Source: an uncultured Verrucomicrobiae bacterium (GTDB lineage Bacteria > Verrucomicrobiota > Verrucomicrobiia > Limisphaerales > UBA11358). Taken from it: a stretch of 64,000 nucleotides of DNA. The notes under the pieces are model-generated. The model saw nothing but the letters and a program-made list of their open reading frames with translations, ran no database searches and was not told where the DNA came from. Every line of letters starts with the position of its first letter. The stretch's first letter is position 1. The stretch spans positions 9,723-73,722 of the forward strand of contig CAVYLE010000008.1 in NCBI GenBank assembly GCA_963769285.1, given 5' to 3'. A program made the translations under genes and the position numbers. Positions 30,776 through 39,102 of the stretch are shown here, one piece after another.

Positions 30776-31981
30776 ATGAGCCATTTCATTTCCAACGCCT
30801 TGCCCCCCGCTCCCAATTCGCCGCTCCCGGCTCCGAAATTGAAAGTCATGACCGTCCTCGGCACCCGCCCGGAAATTATCCGTTTGGCCGCCGTGATTAA
30901 AGCGCTTGAACAACACACAAACCATGTGCTCGTGCATACCGGGCAGAATTATGATCATGAGCTCAACCAGGTGTTTTTCGACGATCTGGGCGTGAGCAAA
31001 CCGAATTATTTTCTCAAGGTGGACACGTCCTCCCTTGGCCGCACGCTCGGCGAGCTGCTCATCCGCATCGAAGAGGTGATTCTAAAGGAGAAGCCGGATG
31101 CTTTCCTGGTGCTGGGCGATACCAATAGCGCTGTGTCGCTGATCATGGCCAGACGGATGAAGATTCCAACCTATCACATGGAGGCGGGCAATCGTTCCTT
31201 CAACCCGAATGTGCCGGAAGAAACCAACCGCAAGCTGGCGGATCACCTGGCCGATTTCAATCTGGTTTATACCGAGCATGCCCGCCGCCACTTGCTGAGT
31301 GAAGGACTGCACCATCGCTTCGTGTATCTCACAGGCTCTCCGATGCGCGAGGTGCTGATGAGCCGGCTTAAGCAGATTGCCGCGTCGGACATTTTGCAAA
31401 AGCTTCACCTTAAAAAGGGAAAGTATTTCATTGTCAGCGCGCACCGGGAAGAGAATGTGGACAACCGCGGAAATTTGGAGCGGGTGGTGCGCTGCCTGGA
31501 ACGCCTCCGCGACACCTACGGATACCCGGTGGTGGTTTCGACGCATCCCCGGACACGCAACCGGCTGGAGAAGGCAGGTCTGACGGTGGCGGGGCGTGAC
31601 ATTCGTTTTCTCAAGCCCTTCGGTTTTCTGGATTACAACAAACTGCAGATGAACGCCTTTTGTGCGGTTTCCGACAGCGGAACGATCAGCGAGGAATCGG
31701 CCATCCTCGACTTCCCGGCCGTCACCCTCCGCAACTCTCTGGAGCGGCCAGAGGCCCTGGATGCCGGTTCCATTGTGCTGACAGGGCTGGATCCGGACAC
31801 CCTCATTTCTGCCATCAAGATCGCCGTTCAGGAACGGACATCATTTCCCAAACGAGAGATCCCGGAAGAATACAAGGTGGAGAACACCTCGCTTCGGGTT
31901 GTCAAACTGATCGTGGGCACCGCCAAACTGGCCCATCGCTGGCTCAACCTGGAAACGTTCAGCCGCTACGACTGGCGCTAA
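30776..31981 (+). CDS. fnlC: UDP-2-acetamido-2,6-dideoxy-L-talose/UDP-GlcNAc 2-epimerase (CapG/FnlC type)
   Basis: LKVMTVLGTRPEIIRLAAVI..HTGQNYDHELNQVFF..SDSGTISEESAIL. An alternative start is ATG 30848. Confidence 0.85.
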   Translation: MSHFISNALPPAPNSPLPAPKLKVMTVLGTRPEIIRLAAVIKALEQHTNHVLVHTGQNYDHELNQVFFDDLGVSKPNYFLKVDTSSLGRTLGELLIRIEEVILKEKPDAFLVLGDTNSAVSLIMARRMKIPTYHMEAGNRSFNPNVPEETNRKLADHLADFNLVYTEHARRHLLSEGLHHRFVYLTGSPMREVLMSRLKQIAASDILQKLHLKKGKYFIVSAHREENVDNRGNLERVVRCLERLRDTYGYPVVVSTHPRTRNRLEKAGLTVAGRDIRFLKPFGFLDYNKLQMNAFCAVSDSGTISEESAILDFPAVTLRNSLERPEALDAGSIVLTGLDPDTLISAIKIAVQERTSFPKREIPEEYKVENTSLRVVKLIVGTAKLAHRWLNLETFSRYDWR

Positions 31982-32017
31982 AAACAGGCGCGGGCTGCAA
32001 AGGACAGGTCCTTGTAA

Positions 32018-33295
32018 ATGGCAAACATTTTAATCCTGGTCCAGGTCTTTCCGCCGGATAATGTGGCAACCGCACAACTGTACGGGGACCTGGCTTTGGA
32101 TTTGTCCGCACTAGGCAATCGAGTAACGGTCCTAACCACCTCGCCGCATTACAGTCTGGATCCCGATGCAAAGGCATGGCTCCCGAAGACATCCGGATTC
32201 AGGATCCCATTTCACACAACCAATCATGCCGGAATTAGAGTTTGCCGGACATGGATGCCGAAGAAGCGACGCAACGTACTTTATCGGATCGCTTGTTGGG
32301 GCTGGTTTCATTTCGCGAGCACCCTGGCCGGCTTGATGGTGCGCGCACGTCCTGACGTTATCCTCTGCCCCTCGCCACCGCCTACCATAGCAATTAGCGC
32401 CTATCTGCTAGGAAAATATCACCGAATCCCATTTGTCTATAATGCCCAGGAGCTTTATCCCGACGTAGCCATCAATCTCGGTGCCGTGCGCAATAAATTC
32501 CTGATTCGAGGATTGTGTGCGCTGGAAAGATTCACTTACGCCAAGGCGGCGGCAATTACTGTGATTTCCCGGCGCATGCAGATGCGGATCCTGGAAAAGG
32601 GCGTTCCAGAAGGAAAGGTCGTCCTGATACCGAATTTCGCGGATACCGAGTCGTTTCGACCGCTGCCGAGAGACAACGATTTTAGCCGGCATCAGGGTCT
32701 GTCAGACAAGTTCGTCGTGAGCTATGCGGGAAATATGGGGAAACCACAACATCTCGATGTTCTGCTCCGAGCCGCCGTCCGGCTGAAACAGGAGCCGCAA
32801 ATCCAGTTCCTGTTCATTGGCGATGGCGCTGAGCGAGCGACTTTGCTTGAGCTGGCCCAAAGCAGGAACCTTTCGAACGTGTGCTTTCTGCCATACCAGT
32901 CCTACTCGCTGATGAACGAAATTTACGCCGCCTCTGATGTCTCGTATGTGCCGCAGGCTGCCGGGACCAGCAGCGACGGCGTGCCGTCCAAGGTTTACCG
33001 CATCATGGCCTGCGGGAGGCCCGTCCTGGCAGCTACTGACTCCGGCTCCGATCTCGCCAGGCTGGTTGTAGATTCGTCGGGAGGCACTGTGGTCGGGGCC
33101 ACCAGCGATGAGGAGGTCACGGAGGCAATCCTTGGGGCTTTCCGGAACCGCGGCGAATGGTCGGGCAGAGGCGAACGGGCACGGGACTATATTGTAAGCA
33201 ATTATAACCGGTCAAGAATCACCCGGAAATACCATGATCTGCTCAATCATGTAGCGGATGAAAAGCGTAAACGTAGCGCAGCCCTGCAATCTTGA
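32018..33295 (+). CDS. wbuB: WbuB-like GT4 glycosyltransferase (typically L-FucNAc transferase)
   Basis: MANILILVQVFPPDNVATAQLYGDLALDLSALGNRVTVLTTSPHY. It follows the fnlABC genes, as in other L-FucNAc loci. Confidence 0.8.
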   Translation: MANILILVQVFPPDNVATAQLYGDLALDLSALGNRVTVLTTSPHYSLDPDAKAWLPKTSGFRIPFHTTNHAGIRVCRTWMPKKRRNVLYRIACWGWFHFASTLAGLMVRARPDVILCPSPPPTIAISAYLLGKYHRIPFVYNAQELYPDVAINLGAVRNKFLIRGLCALERFTYAKAAAITVISRRMQMRILEKGVPEGKVVLIPNFADTESFRPLPRDNDFSRHQGLSDKFVVSYAGNMGKPQHLDVLLRAAVRLKQEPQIQFLFIGDGAERATLLELAQSRNLSNVCFLPYQSYSLMNEIYAASDVSYVPQAAGTSSDGVPSKVYRIMACGRPVLAATDSGSDLARLVVDSSGGTVVGATSDEEVTEAILGAFRNRGEWSGRGERARDYIVSNYNRSRITRKYHDLLNHVADEKRKRSAALQS

Positions 33296-33307
33296 ATCTC
33301 ACCTGAA

Positions 33308-35065
33308 ATGAAAACGAACCAGCCAGAGTCTGCTGTTAATTCCTCTTCTGCAGCTTCCAGTCCTGCAACCAGGCCAGATGGGGTTTCCGTCTCTCGCAAT
33401 CTTAAATCGCCAATGAAGTGGCTCTTACTTTTTCTGCCGTTTGGGTACCTTTGGTTTCATCTGGTCAATAACCTGCGTCTCGAGTGGACGACCAATCCGC
33501 AGTATGCCTTTGGCTGTCTGGTTCCTTTGCTTTGCCTCGGCCTGCTCATCCGGCGATGGCTGGCAGTAAAGGACGGTGAGGAAAAGCAGACAGCAGAAAC
33601 CAGAAAGCAGAAATTTACGGACCACGGACTCGAGAGGGGGAAGGAGAAAGCAGAAAGTAGTAAGCAGAAAGCAGTAATCCTTTCATTCGCGCTGTTGGCT
33701 TTCCTGTACTTGCCAACGCGTTTGATTGAGGCCGCAACGCCGGAATGGCGGCCTATCCAGTGGCTGCTTGGAATCGAAGCCATCGGGCTGACTCTCTGTG
33801 CCATTGATCTGGGCAAGGGGCGAGGCTGGTTGCGGCAACTGGCGTTTCCCATTCTTTTCTTTTTCGTGGCCATACCCTGGCCCTCGCCCATTGAAACGCC
33901 GATCATCCAGGCTCTGACCCGGATGAGTGCCTCGATTGTGATCGAGGTGCTGGGCTGGCTGGGAATTCCCGCGATGGCGCATGGCAATGTGATTGAGGTC
34001 GCCACCGGGATGGTCGGAATTGACGAAGCGTGCAGCGGCATTCGATCATTTCAAAGCAGTCTCATGATCTCCCTGTTTTTTGGCGAATTCTATGCCTTGA
34101 ACCGTTCCCGCCGTTGGTTGCTGATTCCAGCAGGGTTTGTTTTCTCCATGACTTTCAACGTTTGCCGCATGTCGCTGCTGACGGTAGTCGCCGCGAGAAA
34201 GGGTATTCCCGCCATCGAGGAATACCACGATCCGACCGGAATCACGATTGCGATACTTTGCACGCTGGGACTCTGGGGGCTGGCGCTTTTGTTGAGGAGG
34301 CAGCCCGGTGAAGTGCGGGCCAGCGCCCAACCCTCAACCCTCAACTCCTCGCTCGCGATTTATCGGAGTCAACTCTCAACTTCCAACTCCCAACCCTCAA
34401 CTCTCAACCGCTTGGCCTTCGGTCTTATCGTCTGGCTGGTCTTGGTCGAAGCCGGCATCGAGTTGTGGTATCGCCATCTGGAGTCGCAGCTTAAACCCGG
34501 TCCGAACTGGTCGTTGAACTTTCCCCAGGACAACACCACGTTGCAAGACATGCCGATACCCGCCGATACGCGGTACCTGCTGCGCTTCGATGAAGGCAAG
34601 CAAGTCGCCTGGACGGAGGCCGACGGAACACGCTGGCAGGTTTTCTACTCCAGTTGGCTGCCGGGCCGGGTGGCGGGGTATCTCGCCAAAAGGCATACTC
34701 CGGAGATTTGTCTTACGGCAGCCGGTATAAAACTCCTTTCCGGCCCGGAATTAACCATGATGAATGTCCACGGTGTGGAATTGCCCGTGCGAAGCTACGT
34801 GTTCGAAACGGCGGGTGGCCCGATCAACGTCTTCCATTGCCGATGGGAAGCCGGAGTGGATGAAAGCGCTTACGTGCAGCATGAATCAGCACGCTTCAAT
34901 CTCATACGCGGGATATGGGCCGGCCGGGGTAACAAGGGCCAAAAGGTTCTGGAAATCATCATCTCCGGCATGGACGATCCTGCACAGGCAAGGGCGGCGT
35001 TGGTGCGCCAACTGGAAAAAATGATCACCGTTAGCAGTCCGTTAAAGAAGCAGGAGCCGACGTGA
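33308..35065 (+). CDS. exosortase fused to an EpsI-family domain
   Basis: Exosortase core IDEACSGIRSFQSSLMISLFF and FNVCRMSLL within about 8 TM segments. C-terminal EpsI-like part ..WQVFYSSWLPGRVAGYLAKRHTPEICLTAAGIKL. Two low-complexity inserts (see findings). Confidence 0.85.
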   Translation: MKTNQPESAVNSSSAASSPATRPDGVSVSRNLKSPMKWLLLFLPFGYLWFHLVNNLRLEWTTNPQYAFGCLVPLLCLGLLIRRWLAVKDGEEKQTAETRKQKFTDHGLERGKEKAESSKQKAVILSFALLAFLYLPTRLIEAATPEWRPIQWLLGIEAIGLTLCAIDLGKGRGWLRQLAFPILFFFVAIPWPSPIETPIIQALTRMSASIVIEVLGWLGIPAMAHGNVIEVATGMVGIDEACSGIRSFQSSLMISLFFGEFYALNRSRRWLLIPAGFVFSMTFNVCRMSLLTVVAARKGIPAIEEYHDPTGITIAILCTLGLWGLALLLRRQPGEVRASAQPSTLNSSLAIYRSQLSTSNSQPSTLNRLAFGLIVWLVLVEAGIELWYRHLESQLKPGPNWSLNFPQDNTTLQDMPIPADTRYLLRFDEGKQVAWTEADGTRWQVFYSSWLPGRVAGYLAKRHTPEICLTAAGIKLLSGPELTMMNVHGVELPVRSYVFETAGGPINVFHCRWEAGVDESAYVQHESARFNLIRGIWAGRGNKGQKVLEIIISGMDDPAQARAALVRQLEKMITVSSPLKKQEPT

Positions 35066-35152
35066 GGCTCTAAACGAATGATTGTTTCCAGGAAAATTTG
35101 AGCCTCGTTACCTCGGCTGCTACGAAAGAAGACGTTTTTCAACGGGCTGTTA
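35035..35152. repeat. TIR-bounded structured element (family copy A) overlapping the exosortase stop codon
   Basis: cagtccgttaaagaag...GAGGCTC-N29-GAGCCTC...gacgtttttcaacgggctg. About 90 percent identical to the reverse complement of 50608-50724. Confidence 0.8.
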
Positions 35153-35300
35153 GGAGTCGTTGACGGAAATGAACGCGCGGTTTTGCTTAAAAACAGTAAT
35201 GCTTGGTAATTTTTGGCAGCGTCCGGTAACGTTACGAGGCAGGGTCGGGAATGGCTGGAATTCCAGGAGACTCTGACCTCTGGCATTTGATTTCTGACAT

Positions 35301-37199
35301 ATGTTCGGCGATTTCGACAAGTATATTGCGATTTTTTTAACGGCATTCGTGGTGTCCTATCTCATCACCCCGTTTGTCCGGGCGGCGGCTTGCCGCTTCG
35401 GCATCATGGATTTGCCGAACGAACGGCGGCCGCACAAATATCCCACCGCCCGCGGCGGGGGGCTGGCGGTGGTGTTGGGAGTTTATGCCGCATGTCTCCT
35501 GGCGCTGACTTTCCCTGCGGGCACACGGCCCGGTGGCTTTGACCTGCACTGGTGGTTGAGTTTTCTTCCTTCTTCGCTGATCTTGCTGGCCGTTGGGCTG
35601 ATGGATGATATCCGCGGATTGGGAGCCTGGAAGAAGCTGGCGGGGCAGGCTGTCGCCGCGTTGTTGATCTGCCTTTCCGGGACCCATTTCGGCAAGTTGT
35701 TCGGCTACGATCTGCCCCCGTTTCTGGATGCCATCATGGTGGTGGTCTGGATCGTGGCCGTGATTAACGCCTACAATCTGATTGACGGACTTGACGGGCT
35801 GGCCTCGGGGCTGGCCATCATCTCGGCCACCGGCTTGTGCGGAATTCTTGTTCTCGGAAACCTGCCCGGAGTGATCCTGGTGCTCGTCGCCCTGATCGGC
35901 GCCTGCCTGGCCTTTCTGCGTTACAATTTCCATCCCGCAACCATTTTTCTCGGCGATACCGGCAGCATGTTCATCGGGTTGGTCCTGGGAGTGGTTTCCT
36001 TGCAGACGTTCACCAAGAACACCTTCTTCCTTTCCATGACCATTCCATTGCTGGTCCTGGGAGTGCCAATCTATGATGCACTGCTGGCCATCTGGCGCAG
36101 ATCCGTGCGGCGCTTCGTAAATGATCACAAACCGGGCGGGGCGGCGGAGCGCCCCGGGATTATGACGGCGGACCTGGAACATTTGCACCACCGGCTGCTC
36201 AAGTCCGGCCTGAGCACGCGCCGGGTGGCCACGATCCTGTGCGGCACGAACGCAGCGCTCGTTGCGTTCGGCCTGTTGCTGACCTCCTTCCAATCCCATG
36301 CGTCGGGGATTTTTCTCCTGGCCTTGCTGGCGGCTGCTTACGTGCTTCTGCGCCACATGGCGGTTATCGAGTTGCGCGAAACGGGCCGGGTCCTGTTGAC
36401 CGGCTTGCGCCGTCCGACTCATGCCCTGCTTAAATCCCTGGCTTACCCGGTCTGGGACATGTTTTGCCAGGCCGGGGCACTGGCGATCGCGATGCGACTG
36501 TTCGAGTCTCCCGGCACAGGTTTTTGGCATTCGTGGTTCCTCGATCTGCCGGTTTGGGTGACGCCTACGTTCTCGCTGCTCGCGATCTCGCGCACTTACC
36601 TGACCGTCTGGACCCGCGCGCGAGTTCTTGACGTGGTAATGTTGCTCTTGACGCTTCAGGCCGGCCTGGTTGTCAGCCTGGGCATCGCGCTGCTCATTGA
36701 TCCGTCCAACATGACCAATTCACTGCTGCGGGTGCTGGTGATCGGGGCGCTCGGACATTCGGCCATCATCGGCGTGCGCGTGTTCTATCGGTGCATTGAA
36801 GAAATCGTCCTCTTCTTGAAGTCGAAAATTGATCCGAACGCGGACATGGAACGGGTGGCGCTTTACGGGGCCGGTGGGCGTTGCCAGCTTTTTCTCAAAG
36901 AGCGCGGCTTTAACAATTCATCAAGCTACGACGGGCGCGTAATTGTTGGGCTGCTCGACGACGAACCATCCCTGCATTCCCAATGGGTCTATGGTTACCT
37001 CGTGCTGGGGGGAATAAAGGATTTGCCGCATCTCATCGAGCGTCATCGCATCACCGGGATCATCATCACCGCCGCCCTGCCGACGGCGGTGCGAGCGGCC
37101 GTTCAAGAGCTGGTGCTCAAACACGGTCTGCACTTGAGCGAATGGTGCTTCGGCGAACGGAAGCTGGACGGCCAGGTTCTCCAGCAACCGTCCAAATAA
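35301..37199 (+). CDS. polyprenyl-phosphate HexNAc-1-phosphate transferase (WecA/MraY family) with a long C-terminal extension
   Basis: NAYNLIDGLDGLASG and FLGDTGSMFIG motifs. C-terminal ..ALYGAGGRCQLFLKERG..VIVGLLDDEPSLH..GIKDLPHLIERHRITGIIIT resembles the Rossmann-like module of WbaP/PglF-type proteins. Confidence 0.85.
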   Translation: MFGDFDKYIAIFLTAFVVSYLITPFVRAAACRFGIMDLPNERRPHKYPTARGGGLAVVLGVYAACLLALTFPAGTRPGGFDLHWWLSFLPSSLILLAVGLMDDIRGLGAWKKLAGQAVAALLICLSGTHFGKLFGYDLPPFLDAIMVVVWIVAVINAYNLIDGLDGLASGLAIISATGLCGILVLGNLPGVILVLVALIGACLAFLRYNFHPATIFLGDTGSMFIGLVLGVVSLQTFTKNTFFLSMTIPLLVLGVPIYDALLAIWRRSVRRFVNDHKPGGAAERPGIMTADLEHLHHRLLKSGLSTRRVATILCGTNAALVAFGLLLTSFQSHASGIFLLALLAAAYVLLRHMAVIELRETGRVLLTGLRRPTHALLKSLAYPVWDMFCQAGALAIAMRLFESPGTGFWHSWFLDLPVWVTPTFSLLAISRTYLTVWTRARVLDVVMLLLTLQAGLVVSLGIALLIDPSNMTNSLLRVLVIGALGHSAIIGVRVFYRCIEEIVLFLKSKIDPNADMERVALYGAGGRCQLFLKERGFNNSSSYDGRVIVGLLDDEPSLHSQWVYGYLVLGGIKDLPHLIERHRITGIIITAALPTAVRAAVQELVLKHGLHLSEWCFGERKLDGQVLQQPSK

Positions 37200-37241
37200 T
37201 CATTCCCAATCACACATCAAAGTAGTATACATCATAATAAT

Positions 37242-38906
37242 ATGCGTAAGCTGATAATAATTTTCTTGTGCTGCACAGTGGCCTTGCTGGCGGGGTACGC
37301 CGGTTATCGCGGCTACAAAGTCTGGAAACAGAATCGTATGATGAACCTCGCGCACACCTTCGCTGCCAGGGGGGACAGCCGAAATGTGTTGCTCTGCGTG
37401 CAGCAGGTCTTGCGCTCCAATCCCCGGCATCTGGAAGCCTCCCGGATGATGGCCGCGTTGCTGGAGGCCGGCCGCTCGCCCAGCGCTCTGCTTTGGCGCA
37501 GCCGCGTGGTCGAACTCAATCCGCGCTCGCTGGATGACCGGCTGGCCCTGGCCCAGAGCGCCATGGTGTTCCGCGATTACATGGACGCCACCAATGCTCT
37601 GGAGGGAGTGGACCCGGCCGGCAGGAAAACCGCCGCCTACCAGAATATTGCCGGCGCCGTGGCCGCCGCCGCCAATCAGCGTGCGGAAGCCGAGGCGCAC
37701 TTTCTTGAAGCCGCCCGGCTTGAGCCGACCAACCCGGTTCCGCAATTGAACCTGGCGGTCGTGCGCCTCCACGGCACCAATGCGTCAGCCATGGCCGAAG
37801 CACGTACCACGCTCATGAGCATTTCTTCATCCAGCCCCGCCTTGCGCTGCCAGGCCTTGCGCGAACTCGTGGTGGACGCCATGGGCTCCAGGCAGACGAA
37901 TACGGCTTTGGCTTTGTCCAAGGAATTGGTGCAGCAGACCAACTCGACTTTCAGCGACCGGCTCTTGCGGCTGGACGTGCTGAAAGGAAGCCAAAATGCC
38001 GAATTCAAACCCGCGCTGGCCGCCTTTCAGCGCGAGGCCGGGACGAACACGGCAAAGATTTATGAACTGAGCATTTGGCAAATGACCAGGATTGGCTCTA
38101 AAGACACATTGGTCTGGCTGCAGAGCCTGCCCAGGAACCTGCAGACAAACCAACCGGTGGAACTGTTGGCTGCCGAGTGCCATACGTTGCTGGGGGATTG
38201 GCGCGGGCTGAATGGCGCCCTCACAAATCAGAACTGGGGCGAATTGGAGTTCGTCCGCCACGCGTTCCAGACTCGCGCCCTGCGCGGGCAGGACTTGAGT
38301 GGCGCGGCGACAGCGGAGTGGGAACTGGCATTGAAAACCGCCAACGGCCAGAAGGCGAGTTTGGTAATGTTACTCCGGCTGGCGGCGCAATGGGGCTGGC
38401 AGAGCGATGCCGAGAAACTACTCTGGACCATCGTTAACCAGTATCCCGGCGAGCAATGGGCCTTCCGCGCGTTGACCCAGGCGTTGTATGCCGGCGGCCG
38501 AACGCGGCCCTTGATGATGCTTTTCAGCCAGCAGGTGAAAAGGTCTCCGTCAGATCTTGGAGCCAGGAACAATCTGGCCATGACCGCGCTTCTCCTCGAC
38601 GCGCAGGAACTGAAACCGCACGAGTTGGCGCGTGAAGTGTACGGGAAGGCGCCCACCAACTCGGCCTACGTTTCCACCTGCGCGTTTTCCCTCCACCTGC
38701 AAAAGAAAGACGCCGAGGCGCTCAAGGTGATCGAGCAGCTCAAACCGCAGGAGCTTCAGAACCCTTCAATCGCGGGTTACTACGGCCTGATTCTGAAGGC
38801 GACGGGCAATGCCGCCAAAGCGAAGACCTACCTCGAACTTGCTTTCAAAGCCCCGTTGCTGCCGGAAGAGCGGAAGCTCTTTGACCAGGCAAAGGCCGGA
38901 ATGTAG
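37242..38906 (+). CDS. membrane-anchored TPR-repeat protein
   Basis: N-terminal TM MRKLIIIFLCCTVALLAGYAGY, then repeated Ala/Leu-rich TPR-like helices to the C-terminus. Last gene of the plus-strand EPS block. Confidence 0.7.
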   Translation: MRKLIIIFLCCTVALLAGYAGYRGYKVWKQNRMMNLAHTFAARGDSRNVLLCVQQVLRSNPRHLEASRMMAALLEAGRSPSALLWRSRVVELNPRSLDDRLALAQSAMVFRDYMDATNALEGVDPAGRKTAAYQNIAGAVAAAANQRAEAEAHFLEAARLEPTNPVPQLNLAVVRLHGTNASAMAEARTTLMSISSSSPALRCQALRELVVDAMGSRQTNTALALSKELVQQTNSTFSDRLLRLDVLKGSQNAEFKPALAAFQREAGTNTAKIYELSIWQMTRIGSKDTLVWLQSLPRNLQTNQPVELLAAECHTLLGDWRGLNGALTNQNWGELEFVRHAFQTRALRGQDLSGAATAEWELALKTANGQKASLVMLLRLAAQWGWQSDAEKLLWTIVNQYPGEQWAFRALTQALYAGGRTRPLMMLFSQQVKRSPSDLGARNNLAMTALLLDAQELKPHELAREVYGKAPTNSAYVSTCAFSLHLQKKDAEALKVIEQLKPQELQNPSIAGYYGLILKATGNAAKAKTYLELAFKAPLLPEERKLFDQAKAGM

Positions 38907-38997
38907 CACAGGCGTCCCCGCCTGCGGGTTACCCGGGCGGTCCCGCCCGGTGCTCGTACTTGTTAGGGAAATAGACAGAAGATTGATCAACACATAA

Positions 38998-39037
38998 GCC
39001 CTGAGCCCTGCTGGTGCTCAGGGCTTTTAGCTTTTTT
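38998..39037 (+). terminator. rho-independent terminator after the TPR gene
   Basis: GCCCTGAGC-cctgctggt-GCTCAGGGC followed by TTTTAGCTTTTTT. Confidence 0.65.
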
Positions 39038-39102
39038 AGTGGATAAAGGACGCTTTTTCCCTGTCGTTGTCGTCCTCGTTGGTCCCAAAGGCGGAATTCA
39101 GG

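Noticed and set aside
35337-36530. 397-aa minus-strand ORF
   Set aside because: Antisense to the WecA/MraY-family gene, whose motifs are unambiguous. Gln/Arg/Gly-rich shadow frame.
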